A DNA stretch of 64,000 nucleotides, taken from Rhynchobatus australiae (taxonomy: Eukaryota). The position numbers and the translations under genes were made by a program. Of the stretch, positions 37,850-49,822 are shown piece by piece. The stretch is from contig JAUZTB010000074.1 of the NCBI GenBank assembly GCA_034780895.1, positions 18,778,876 to 18,842,875 of the forward strand. The letters run 5' to 3'. The first letter of the stretch is position 1. Every line of letters begins with the position of its first letter. Under the pieces are notes generated by a model. The model had not been told where the DNA came from and did not search any database. It worked only from the letters and a program-made list of their open reading frames with translations.

Positions 37850-38094
37850 TTATTACCCTGTACCTCTGCTACTACTTCCCTCACACACATACTCATGAAC
37901 ACTCCCTTGGTCCTCTCTGCCATTAACGCACACTAATGGGCAATTTACGGTGGCCAATCAATGCAGAAGGAAGCTGGAGGACCCGACGGAGAGAACATGC
38001 AAACTTTGCACAGTTGTTATCCAAGATCTGGGTGGAATCTGGGTTGCTGGCAGCGTGATATGGCAACACTAACTGCACGCCATTGCGTAGCCCA
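37850..38094 (-). mobile_element. V-SINE (HE1-like), internally deleted
   Basis: GGGCAATTTACGGTGGCCAATCAA...GGAGAGAACATGCAAACTT.GCACAG...GCAACACTAACTGCACGCCA; reverse complement of a tRNA head plus V domain. Confidence 0.7.
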
Positions 38095-38129
38095 AATTTA
38101 ATTGCTCCTTGAAGTAAATAGCTTGGTAC

Positions 38130-38560
38130 ATAATTTCAGAGAGCATTAAAGAACCAATTGCATTGAGTCTGGAATCACATATAGACCAGACACTGCAAGA
38201 ACAATAGTGAACCAAAGGGGTATTTATGACAGTACAATAGCATTGAAGTCATCTTCAAAACATTATAAACAGCAGCAGGAATAGACAATTCTTCCCATCA
38301 CACCTGCTCCACCATTCAATGAGATCATGCCTGGGTTTTTACCTCAGTGGCATTTTTTTGTTCTAATTCCAGGCCACACAATTCTCTTAATATCCAAAAA
38401 TTTATCTCCGGAAGTTTTAGAGTCATAGAGTTATAGTCATTCTAACTTTTTATTTGGAATATTCCCCAGCTGATGTAGTGAGATTCAAATTCATGTCTTT
38501 GGAATGATATTCAAGGCCCCTTGATGTTGGTCCAGGAACCTATGCTGTCATACCTAAAGA
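38130..38560 (-). mobile_element. SINE fragment interrupted by a CR1 3'-end fragment (38258-38410)
   Basis: GTCTGGAATCACATATAGACCAGAC...AGTGAACCA (SINE body as at 35560); GCAGGAATAGACAATTC..CCCATCACACCTGCTCCACCATTCAATGAGATCATG (CR1 tail, minus). Confidence 0.55.
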
Positions 38561-40923
38561 AATTCACTTCTCAGAATGTTGGTTCTCTAAATTGCAGGAC
38601 ACCTGGTCAACACAATAGATGTATATGTGTTAACATTTGCTACTCAGGGGGAAATCATCAAGAAATTACACAGCTGGATTCTCCATTGAAAATGAAGATT
38701 GCACTGGAGAGGATTTAGAGGAGATTTGTCAGGATGTTGCCTGAGATTCAATGATTCAATTATGAGGACAAAATGGAAAGNNNNNNNNNNNNNNNNNNNN
38801 NNNNNNNNNNNNNNNNNNNNNNNNNNNNNNNNNNNNNNNNNNNNNNNNNNNNNNNNNNNNNNNNNNNNNNNNNNNNNNNNNNNNCTATAACTATATGGCT
38901 CCATGACTCCATAAAGATTAATTTTAGTTACCTCAGCATGTTGGAGCATGGCTGCATAAAGTGCTGTCACAAGTTATCAAAAAACAGATTCCTTTAAACC
39001 CAAAAAGCCTAGCAATGGGATGACCATGTTGTTTGATTGGGAACAAAATTTGCTATAAACACTCACAGTTGTGGAATCTCCTTCTGGTTAGGACTTAGGT
39101 TAAACACTTTACCTTTATGTTTTTGCTGACTACCACACCCAAGGCTCCAATCGTGTGTTGTTCTCCTCAGCTGTGCTATTCAAACTCTCTTAGGAATACT
39201 ATCAGGAATATGCTGTAGTTTTATTCTTACGTTTCTGTTTCCTTATGCATTTCTACATAAATCTCATTGCGTTGCTTGGTACACAACTTAATACACTATA
39301 CTTTAATCATTGTGGATAATTTCTAGAACCTACATTTTGTCAAAAATCTCTGTACCTCTAGTACCAATTAGCTTATCAATAACTGACAAAGGTCTAAAAT
39401 CCATGGCAATTTAATAAATCTTTATATAGTGATGCAATAATTTNNNNNNNNNNNNNNNNNNNNNNNNNNNNNNNNNNNNNNNNNNNNNNNNNNNNNNNNN
39501 NNNNNNNNNNNNNNNNNNNNNNNNNNNNNNNNNNNNNNNNNNNTAATAAATCTTTATATCGTGATGCAATACTTTTCCAAAAGTGACGTGGAACAATAGT
39601 ATTTGTAGCCATGCAAACTATTATTGATTGCACACAACTAGAAAACTGTGAAAGTTGATTAAAAATAAATCTCTTGATTATTTGCTCCATACAGGGGTTA
39701 TAAGGGAGAAATCTGACCTTGTGTGCCAGTGCAAAACACATGTCCATCAGTTGAAGATTATACTGTCTGCAATGTAGTCGGTAAAATTAACTTTCAGTGA
39801 AACCAAACATGCAGAAGTTCATCACACACTGGTAGCTGATAATCATGCATATATTTAGTGCCAAAGATGAATTTCTTCCTTATAATTACATTTCAGTGTT
39901 ACTCAATTCGAACACCTAAAAAATATACTGTGTGATATTGTGCAATGCTTAGTACATTCATATGAAATTATTTTGTTCACAACTTTAACTGAGCTGTTAA
40001 CAGATATTGTTGTTAAAATAGTAGTTAATGTAGATATGTTGTGTTTATAGGGCAATATTGCACAGTATAAATCCTAGGCTATCAGTATTAATTGAGAATG
40101 GTCCATTATATATTATGTGAATTGGTGAAGTTTTAACCTGTTAACATTTAACTTGACTAATTTATTGAGACAAATGATGCAATTAAACATAGTAAAACAT
40201 TGAAAAACGGTCCTGGTAAAAGGCTTCCATCAAATGCTCATACAGTCTTTTAAAAATACCTTTCAATATATTTTCAGTAGACTGACAGAATTCCATTATG
40301 GATCCAACATTTTTCCTTCTTNNNNNNNNNNNNNNNNNNNNNNNNNNNNNNNNNNTGGTGCCTTTATGCTTACAGTAATGTTCGGTTGGTAAACTTTTTC
40401 TGTAAAGGTCAGATAGTAAATATCTTAGGCTTTGCAGATTTTATGGATTAGTGACTTAACAATCAATTAATTGCCATGAAACTCAATGGCTTACAAAAAG
40501 TAGTCAACTAGATAGAACGTACATCAATTGTGACAGCACATTTGCAGATCTGCTGATTTGCAGTCTCAGAACTCTATCAGAAATGCAAACTCCACTTTAG
40601 ATTCTTAACCTAGGCTATCATTCCATTGCAGAACTGAGGTTGTGCTGGACTGTTTCAGTGGCTGGCTTTCCAGATGACATTCTAAATCCAGGACCTATTT
40701 GCCTGTTTAAGGTGGATTTAAAATAAGCCATTGGAACTAATGAACAAGGAGTTTTCTTAGTACCCACTAGGAATCTATAAATACATGGACAAGAGGTGTT
40801 GAGAACTCCAAGCACCACAACAACTGGTTTCAGCAGCAAAGTGATCAACTTGATGACATAATTTCCATCCTCACCTCATGCCATTCCCTCACCCAACCCG
40901 TGTTTGTGACCAGAAGCATGGTT

Positions 40924-40990
40924 AAGTTCAAGTTCAAGTTTATTATTGTCATAGGCATACACACATAGGGTATAAATGCCATGAAAATTG
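40924..40990 (-). mobile_element. Short LINE 3'-tail fragment (Rex/Babar-like)
   Basis: AAGTTCAAGTTCAAGTTTATTATTGTCAT...ATGAAAATTG is the reverse complement of an AATAAA-(CTTGAA)n tail. Confidence 0.5.
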
Positions 40991-41099
40991 ACATGGAGAC
41001 AGGCAGGTGATGTTCAAGCCTTCTGTTTTCATGTCCTACTGATGCCTCTTTGCCAAATGAAAGGAATAGCCCCAAAAGCAAAGAAAGCACAGCAGCAGA

Positions 41100-41470
41100 A
41101 GAACAGACCTGGCACAGAGCAAAGCCAACTGGATTTATTAGATGAACAATCACCAGCAATGGGAAGGTGCTACGAAGATCCAGAGTGGGATGAACACCCA
41201 CACCACAGGGAATATACAGTGACCCACCAGCATAGGATTTCAAAAGAATAACTGATATCTTTTATATAACAGCTGATTGAATGGAAGTGTAAATTCAAAG
41301 ACCAAGCATGAATGGCACCATCAACTGGGACATCATGGAAAGATGAATCAGCCAATTCTGACTGTGTGGTGTATCTTTTAATGGAAATCACTGAACATAA
41401 CAGTGACCTCATTTGATGTCCTATGCATATTTGACACCATTGCGGCAACATTGCAACACGCCTGGAAAGA
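41100..41470 (+). pseudogene. Possible Harbinger transposase N-terminal fossil
   Basis: PHHREY...HRISKE*LISL and ISQF..LLMEITE weakly resemble YP.HRVY...LRFSKE.V..LC and GISQ...CI.EVT; weak. Confidence 0.3.
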
Positions 41471-43784
41471 AGTGTGGGCCTCTGCCAGGAAGGCAGGTCT
41501 CCATGGAAAGGTCAAGGCAGCTCAAGCATTACTTAAATGAACAATCCTCAATTGNNNNNNNNNNNNNNNNNNNNNNNNNNNNNNNNNNNNNNNNNNNNNN
41601 NNNNNNNNNNNNNNNNNNNNNNNNNNNNNNNNNNNNNNNNNNNNNNNNNNNNNNATCCCAACCCCAGTCTGAGTTTGTTTGGCGGCCAGCTGATGCTGGG
41701 TGACAGAAGTCCGTTCTTTTTCTGCTCTACCCAGACCATGGGCAGCTTCTGGTTCTCCTGCAATGGAAGCTGAAGCAATATTCTTGTTTGATGGAGCAGA
41801 TTTGTCCCCAGTTCAGAAGTAAGGCCTTCTACTTTCTTTGGGAGGGGACCCAACACTTGAATCCTTGCCTCAGATGTCATCAAAATGCCTGATGGAGCAT
41901 CAAAGCAGTGGGGTGCCCACTCACATGCCTGTCCCACCATGCCAGGTAAGATGAGTTGAATCAACCCCAGAACCTGTTTCTTTTGAGAACGACTGATTTA
42001 AGATTTCCTACCATGATGGGAGATTGTGCAGATCAATTTTATCTTCTCCCACAGTGACTGAAATTAATTCAATTAGTGAACCACATATTGCTTTCAGCAC
42101 TACTCCTGCAAGCGTTCTCCTCCATCTCCACCTTCTGCACCAATCTTTACTGCTCCATCTCACCAACAAAGATATGCCTCTCTTCACAATTGTGTTTTGC
42201 AGCTATGGCACTGATGCAGTCGTAGGCAACCTGTTCCACCACTCTGTTTTTCTCCATATCCTTTGATAACCTTACCCAAATCAACCCATTGTGCCAACCT
42301 GCCCGCAGAGAGAGGTTTTATCAAAAGATATAATCAAATCTTTTCCACTGTAGGAAGTTTGCTTAAGGACTGTTGTGAGTCAATTCTTGAATAACATGGA
42401 AAGACCAAACTAACAGTAAAGTGAACAGCCTTAAAGTATTAATCTGGGAATCATGCATTCACATGCAGAAATCTTATTGGTGACACAGATCTTAACAAAG
42501 ATATGCTCTTACTTTGAATCCTATTGGTTGCTACCCACATCTAAAAAGCAAGGTCAGAATGACAATTGCATTTCCCAGCACGTTGTGACAAGAGTATTCA
42601 GTGTTTTTGTTCAATTGTCCATAATTTTTACTTGTAATCAGTTAGTTATATATAACCTATAACTATAGGAAATATAATTATGTTTTAAAATTATTTATGT
42701 CACTTATTGACACAAAGATTGGGTGAAATGTATTATGCATATTATGGTGCAGTATATTCCTATGCACAGAGAGTGATGCATTAAACATTACAGCAAAAAA
42801 AATTGTAAACTGAAGAACTTTACCTCCGAAGAGTTAATGGCATTGTAATGAAAGCTAGTAAAGTGAGGAATTACTGTACTTAATATAAGACTTAAGTCTT
42901 ATGTAAATATTACTTTTATTCTTAATATAAGACGTTTTATATTTTTAGGAACATTTAAAAATACATTAAATGAGAAGTCTATTAACATCAGTGGCATCAA
43001 CTGAGTGGAGATGAATATAGCTGGGACTGATTTTTTTGTACATGTTCAGCAGAGATAACTAAAGTCACGTTTCCATCACATTATCTTTAGAGTGTAAAAC
43101 TCCTCACACTTAGCAGGATTTTTCATGAGTGGGTGCAGAGATCAGCAACCTTTGCAGGAAGAGGTGTGAAATCTCAGTTTCGGACTTTTAATAAACAATA
43201 TGTACAACTCTCTCTGTTCACACGTGTGCTATTGACAATGACGATATTGAGCGATTTTGCAAGTTGTTAAGGGTTCTATACAAGTCAAAGCTGGTGTAGC
43301 AGTAGCAGCCTGTGGCATACAGAGTCACAAGTTCATCTAAATGCAGAAGTTCCAAGGGGAAATATTGGATCTTGCTTCTCCTCCACAGGCTTTGGCATAC
43401 CTTGGCCCTTCTCTGAAGCTTTTGCTTACCTTGATCCCTCCAGTATTCACAGTGAGTATTTCTCTTGTGTCCATGAACTGAAAATGCTGAAATATTTCTT
43501 TCAATGTCTTTCGCTTTGCTTTATGCTGGAATGCAGCCAAAATTTCTTCAAGATCTTAATACCACGTTTCTCTGAAACATCATTATCATGATATGTGCTG
43601 GAAGGCAAGAATGAGAAAATTTACGCACTCTTCATTAATTGCTGTTCAACGAGCCTTAGCAAGTCAAACTTATACTAAAGTAGGGTCTGTATGTTAACAT
43701 ATGTTGATTTGGATTACTCCAGAAGGACTTTTAGGAACATACACGCAATTGAGGCACAGTTCAATCTATACAAATTCATGGTGC

Positions 43785-44220
43785 ACTGTCCCATGTACTC
43801 CCAGGCCAGAAGTTCAGGGTTGTGAGTTCATATCATCTTCTGGTCAGTTGTTGAATGGAGTTCCTTAAGTTTGATCATTCATCTTTGGGCAGGAAAATAA
43901 ATGTGAGATCTGCTATTTGTTGTAAAAACCTAACTAATTCACACATGTCCCTCAGAGAAGAGAACCTACCAACTTGCTTGGTCTGGCCTACAAGGGAAAC
44001 TGGTCCTAAATTATTTAAATTTAATTTTTTAAAAATTTTATTTACAGCGTGGTAACAGGCCATTCCAGCCCAATGGGTCCACGCTGCCAAATTAAACCCC
44101 AAATTAACTTACCCATATGTCTTTAGAATGTGGAGGAAACTGGAGCACCCAGAGGAAACCCATGCATTATGAGGTCAACTCTTAATGCACTTGGGGCAAA
44201 CAGGGATATGTGATAAACAA
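43785..44220 (+). mobile_element. Elasmobranch SINE interrupted by a younger minus-strand V-SINE fragment (44020-44166)
   Basis: TTGTTGTAAAAACCTAACTAATTCAC.CATGTCCCT.AG.GAAG.GAACCT.CC..CTT.CTTGGTCTGGCCTACA resumes as GTCAACTCTTAA...GGGGCAA..AGGGAT; the insert contains GGAGGAAACTGGAGCACCCAGAGGAAACCCATGCA and a T-rich tail. Confidence 0.65.
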
Positions 44221-44229
44221 TCTGTAGGC

Positions 44230-44355
44230 AATGAATTGCAGGTGTTGAAAATATGAAATAAAAACAGAAAATGCTAGAAATACTCAACAGGCTAGATAGT
44301 ATCTGTGGAGAAAGAGAGAGTTAATATTTCAAGTCAATGAACTTTTATCAGCTGA
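44230..44355 (-). mobile_element. Penelope-like terminal repeat copy (decayed hammerhead)
   Basis: Revcomp CTGATAA-AAGTTC-ATT-GACTT-GAAATATT-AACTC...TCCACAGATACT...CTGTTGAGTATTTCTAGCATTTTCTGTTTTTATTTCA. Confidence 0.75.
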
Positions 44356-44864
44356 ATTTCAATCACTACAGGAAAGGCTCTAATTCATATTTGTGGAATA
44401 AATAAATTTGGACATGTATTACTTATTATTGTATAATAATTTATTCAACAATAAAGATATGACTTTGGGTAGGAATATTAAATCTGGCCTATAGCTTCTC
44501 AATTTTTCCTACCTTTCACGAAAAAGTAAAATACAATGAAATTAGTGATTATGTAAAAGGAAACCTCATGATGGTTCTCTCAAATATGGAAAATACATGA
44601 GGAAGAATTTCAAGGTCCAACAGTTGCTTCTTTCATTGGTTTGAACGATGGAAAAATGCACCTGGGCAACTTATTCATTGGTTGCAAAATATAAAGATCT
44701 TCCAAATGCATACGTTTTGCAATTAAAAGAAGACATAGGAAAATGAGTACAGACAGGTTTATAGTTGTGATTGAGGGGAATTATCTAAACATTGCTAGTG
44801 TACAGGCCAGCAAGAATATGTTTTGCTCTTTGGTAGAATAGTGAATGCTGTAGTTTTGGCTGTT

Positions 44865-44990
44865 TGAAGAGATCAAGGGATATGGGGAGAAAGTAGGAAC
44901 ACGGTACCGAAATTGAATGAACAGTTATGATTGTATTGAATAACAGAGCAAGGCAAATGGCCTATTTTTGCTCCTATTTTCTATGTTGTT
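44865..44990 (+). mobile_element. CR1 3' UTR fragment
   Basis: GATCAAGGGATATGGGGAGAAAGTAGGAAC...ATTGAATAACAGAGCAAGG..AATGGCCTA.TTTTGCTCCTATTTTCTATGTT. Confidence 0.7.
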
Positions 44991-45032
44991 GTTTCTGGGC
45001 AAACTCACTTGATCAGGTTCAGATCTCCAATT

Positions 45033-45832
45033 ACATTGAATATCAAACAGTACAAAACGGAAACAGGCCCTTCGCTCCACGGTGTTGTGCTGAACTAATT
45101 AAACTGGTAATTAAATGCCTAACTAAACTAATCCCTTCTGCCTACGCATTGTCCATATCCCTGAATTCTCTGCACATTCATGTGGCTATCTAAGAACCTT
45201 TAAATGCCTCTATCATATCTGCCTCCACCACCACCTTGGCACTGCATTCTGGGCAGCCACCACTCTCAGTGTAAAAAAAACTTCCCGTGCACATCCCCTT
45301 TGAAACTGCCCCACCTTAAATGCATGCCCTCTAGTATTAGACATTTCAACCCTGGGAAAAAGATACCAGCTGACTACTCTATCTATGCCTCTCATAATCT
45401 TATAAACTTCTATCAGGTCTTCCCTCAGCCTCCGCCACTCCAGAGAAAACAACCCAAGTTTGTCTAATGTCTCCTCATAGCACATGGACTCAAATCTAGG
45501 CAGCATCCTGGTAAACCTCTTCTGCACCCTCTCCAAAGCCTCTACATCCTTCCTATAATGGGCTGACCAGAACTGAATGCAATGCTCCAGATGCAGCCTA
45601 ACTAGAGGTTTATAAAGCTGTAACATAACTTCCCAACTCTTGAACTCAGTACATCCACTAATAAAGGCATACCATATGCCTTCTTTACCACTCTCTCAAC
45701 CTGTGCAGCCACTTTCAGGGAGCTATGGACTTAGACCCCAAGATCCATCCGTAAATCAACACTTGGCATTAACAGTGTACTGTTCCTTTATATTTGATCT
45801 TCCAAAGTGCAACACCTCATATTTGAGTTGAG
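45033..45832 (-). mobile_element. CR1 (HER1-like) LINE, 5'-truncated, ORF2 C-terminus
   Basis: ORF 45213-45626 MLQLYKPLVRLHLEHCIQFWSAHYRKDVEALERVQKRFTRMLP...LGLFSLEWRRLREDLIEVYKIMRGIDRV is the canonical CR1 ORF2 C-terminus; 3' UTR extends to about 45033. Confidence 0.93.
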
Positions 45833-46799
45833 TTTCCCTTTCACATAGTTTTTCAAGGCCTAAATTTTCAATCCTTTAACATTGATCAGACCAGAGTATC
45901 CAACTTATTTGGATAACTTATTGATTATTCAAGCATGGTCAACTTATAACAATATTTTACAAGAAATTGAAAATTATACACATATTTACAGAATAAGATA
46001 AACAATAAGTATCTGGAGACTAATTTAACTTTCACTATTCTATTACTCAAAATAAAATTTGCCCGGTTTGCATACAAATGCTTCAGTCCTTGAATAGCAT
46101 TTATTTTAAGATTTTGGTCTAGATTCTAATGAAATAGTGCGTCTGTAACAGTTAGGATTGTGGTACCAATGGATAGTGGTGCCATGTTATAAGTGATGGC
46201 TAATTGAGTTATTCCTGGATTCCTTAGATTATGAATAAAGTTTTTATTTGGTTAGTCATCCATACACAACAGTGATTATGGACATTTAATTCCATCTCTG
46301 CCAATGCACATTTTCTAAAGATGTACATTTGGTATGATCGCACTTGTGTGTGATAGGAACCCTCTGTCTAGCTTGAGGATTCTTTTGACATGGGAATTCC
46401 TTGCCTAGCAGGCTGTACCTGTGGTCAGTTGGGCCACAAATTGCAAATTCTGGCTGCTTTTAAAGGACAACACTTCACCACAATAAGAAAAGTTCTGACA
46501 TTGACTGAAAAGTAGTTACTGTTCTCTGTTGAGTCATATGGGCAGCAATTCTTCTTTTGATTTTGGCCCGTAAGAGGCTGTGCTGTGGATAGTGTGCTGG
46601 GTATAGTAGGCAAGATTTAGAACTGATGAATGCCTTCCAGTCAAACCACTAGTGTGCCCTGTATAGAGCGAGTTAATAACTGAAAAAGTGCGGTCACTCA
46701 AATCAATAATAGCAGGATACAAATAGAGGAATGTTTACAGCTATCAAAAGAAGATGATAAAGAAGCCCCTCATTCATTGCAGATATTTCTTTTGAGCCC

Positions 46800-47700
46800 C
46801 ATCATGTAAGACAATTTTCTTGCTGATAGATACATCGGTTGAGGAAGAACAAATTGACGCTCAATCTTTTAACCTAAGGTGCTCCTCTTTCATTTGTGGG
46901 CTTCTAAGTGGGGTCAGCAACCAAAGACAGAAGATAGACCTGGTCTTCTTCAAATCATGCAACCATTGTTTCCTCTCCCTCAATAAGTGCAGGCACCACA
47001 AACTGCTGCAGAAAGAAAGCACTGTAACTGCTTCTTCGATAATGGCTATTGATGTGTCTAATGATGTTTCTGTGGTCAGCTCCGTCTTGAAATTAATTGA
47101 GTGCAAGCCCTTCCTATTCATTTAGGAAACAGCATTGATGTGAAGAGCCTTATGGCACACAGGTGTCATTGTTTGCTTTCAAGGAAATGCTGGAGAAACT
47201 TCAGTTGACACTTCTTAACCACAGGGAAACTGATGACGCAGGTGCCCATCAAAAACAGAGCATATTGTTACATGATTGGTTTGTCTGCATGTTACACATG
47301 GCTTAATGTGCTGACTGGATGTTTGGATACTCTCAAATAATATTGCAGGTACGTGCAAGAGCTTTCTCTGAAGCAGATACAGTTTGTTTATCATCCTGCA
47401 GCAGACAATCCAACTTTGTGACTCCTGGATCATGAGATGCAGAAGACAAATATCTGTTGCTTCTGGCTGCATCACATATGGTTGGTGAAAGTCTGTAAAT
47501 GTAGGTTTCAGGGCAGTGATAGACCCAGGAAAGAATAGCAGGTGAAGGTGTTTCTGACATACATATTCAGGAATTGACACTGATTCATCAACAAGTAAGT
47601 CATGTCTCACAGTGGGATTTCCATTGGAGATGTAGTCTACAACATTTTGAAAACAAAGATTTTGACAGGACAGGAAATGCAAAAATGCCAGTCAATTCCA
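46800..47700 (-). pseudogene. PIF/Harbinger transposase fossil
   Basis: Minus frames MNRKGLHSINF, ADHRNIIRHINSHY..S..AFFLQQFVVPAL and WLLTPLRSPQ match Harbinger DDE motifs NRKG.HSINVQ, CDH...I....YPGS.HDAFIL...VP.L and WL.TP.RNP. Confidence 0.8.
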
Positions 47701-48402
47701 TAACTCTAACAACTGCAACTTCAAATTCAAAAACAAAAAAGAAACACCTCTCCCACAGCTCCTGGTTGCTTTCTTTAATCTTGTCCTATGGGTAGAACCA
47801 AATTTGATGTTACAATATAAATCATAGAATCTAATCATGTGATATAAATGAGGCTTTCTCAAATCATGGCAGTCCCAATTGCTCTTGCCTTCAAAATGGC
47901 ATGATGCAATCCCCATTGATTTTCTTCAGTCTATATGCAGCCATCAGCATGGGTTGACCTTTTATCAACACATGTCCTTTATTGCCTTACTCATTAACTC
48001 CATGCTAGCATTACTGCATAACCCAATTGTAGCCAGCCTGTATCCAGCAATGATTTCTCTGACATATCATTACCTTAAGAAGTCCATCAAGAATCTATCA
48101 TTGGCCATATACTATACCCCATGTAATCCTTTTTCCTTAGTAATATTAGAGGGCTGAGCTAATCACTGGGATGCTGGGAGTTCCAGCTTTACAACTCTGA
48201 TGCTGCTCTTAATACTTCTATTACCTCTTAACTGGAAGAAAATGTGTAAATATTATTGCATTTTCTTGAATTAACTTTCCAAAACTACTTAACGTGTTTA
48301 ACATCTATTGGGAGTAAATTTGTATCATCAGGGTTAGATTGACTGAAATCTGGACATGTGACGTGGTCAGAGAGAGGCAGCATGTATTTGTTTCAATCAA
48401 AC

Positions 48403-48550
48403 AAAAACCGTAGATGATGGAAATCTGAAATAAAAACAAACAGTTCTGATGAAGTGTCTTCGACCTGAGACATTGACTGTTTCTCTTTCCACAGATGCTG
48501 CCTAACCTGCTGAGTTTTTCCAGAATTTTCTAGTTTTATTTTGGATTTAT
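48403..48550. mobile_element. Penelope-like inverted insertion with hammerhead motif
   Basis: Short minus arm (TAGATGATGGAAATCTGAAATAAAAAC), then plus AAACAGTT-CTGATGA(48446-48452)-AGTGTC-TTC-GACCT-GAGAC-ATT-GACTGTTT...CCACAGATGCTGCCTAACCTGCTGAG. Confidence 0.8.
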
Positions 48551-49429
48551 GTAGTGTGGCTCAAGACTGACTTTTCTTTTTGGAGGAGTCACTCACGTGG
48601 TATAAGGGATTCATTGATGGATGATATCATTGTGAGGCATCTGATGAATCACAAGATGGGCTGAATGGCCTCTCACTGCATTGTTAAAAAGTATAAAATA
48701 AGTTAAGACATTGAAATTGGATGGAATTGAGGTCAAGTTTGCACCTTGTGTAGGAAGCTGATTGGCCTGTCTGGCCACAATNNNNNNNAAGTTTACTTAC
48801 GTCACACAGGACTCCTTATTTCTACTCTTGGCAAAGCTTCAAGTACATCTGCAATTACTATACTCTTGTATATCATTGTCACTTGTGGGTTTGACTATAA
48901 AATGATGTTCTAGGCATTCTACCATCTCCTACTACACTACAGAGCAGCTCACCCAAAGCACTGAGGTTCAGTATTCTGTCTTTCACCAAGTCGTGTCCAC
49001 CCATCACCCATGCTGGATACCAATCCCCTAATGTCTGCATTCTGTGGATTAATAAATAAGTGAACTCATTATAATTAGGTAGGCAAATGCAACATATATA
49101 TTTTGTATACAATAAACCCAGAAAAACACTAAATGGGAAGAAGAACCGGGTTTACTGTTTTTTTATTGAATTAAATTGAGAAATTTTTAGCTGAAACATT
49201 AGCTTCACAACTTTTTGTTATAACCTTTGTTATAATAATAGAGATGAAGATAGAGACATGTGCTTCTTATCTCTGTGCAGCCATCTTTTTTTTCTGCTCC
49301 TCAATCCCCTGCAGTTAACTGCTGGTAAGCCAGTGCCACAGTAACCAAAACAGATAAACACAACTAATTTTACAATACGCTACATTATTAATTCTTTTCC
49401 AAATTGCGTCTTGGAATCTTTTACTAACG

Positions 49430-49822
49430 CCAGGACAAAGCAGCACACTTAATCACCAGAACTACTTCTTAACCTTGTCACTGGCATACCATGGCTACAA
49501 TGTGCACCATCTACAAAATATGCAGGCACTTACCAAGATAGCACCTCCCAATCCGCAACTTCTACTACCAAAAAAGACAAGGGCAGCAGATTCACGGAGT
49601 ACAAGCAGCTAGAGGTTTCACTCCATGTTGCACACAATCCTGACTTGGAAACATCACTAGATTTATATCCTGAAGCTCCCACAACACTGATGGAGTACCT
49701 CCACCAAAAGAACTGCAATGGTTGCAAATAGGCAGCTGACCACAGCTTCTCAAGGGTAATTAGGTTTGGCTCAGTAAATATTGGCTTTGCTGCTGATGCC
49801 CACATCCCCTAAATGAATAAGA
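49430..49822 (+). mobile_element. 3' end of an old CR1/L2-group LINE (same family as 18850-19362)
   Basis: CACACAATCCTGACTTGGAAA; CTTCTCAAGGGTAATTAGG...AAATATTGGCTTTGCTGCTGATGCCCACATCCCCTAAATGAATAA. Confidence 0.75.

Noticed and set aside
45213-45626. 137 aa ORF as a host gene
   Set aside because: It is the C-terminus of CR1 ORF2 in a truncated LINE
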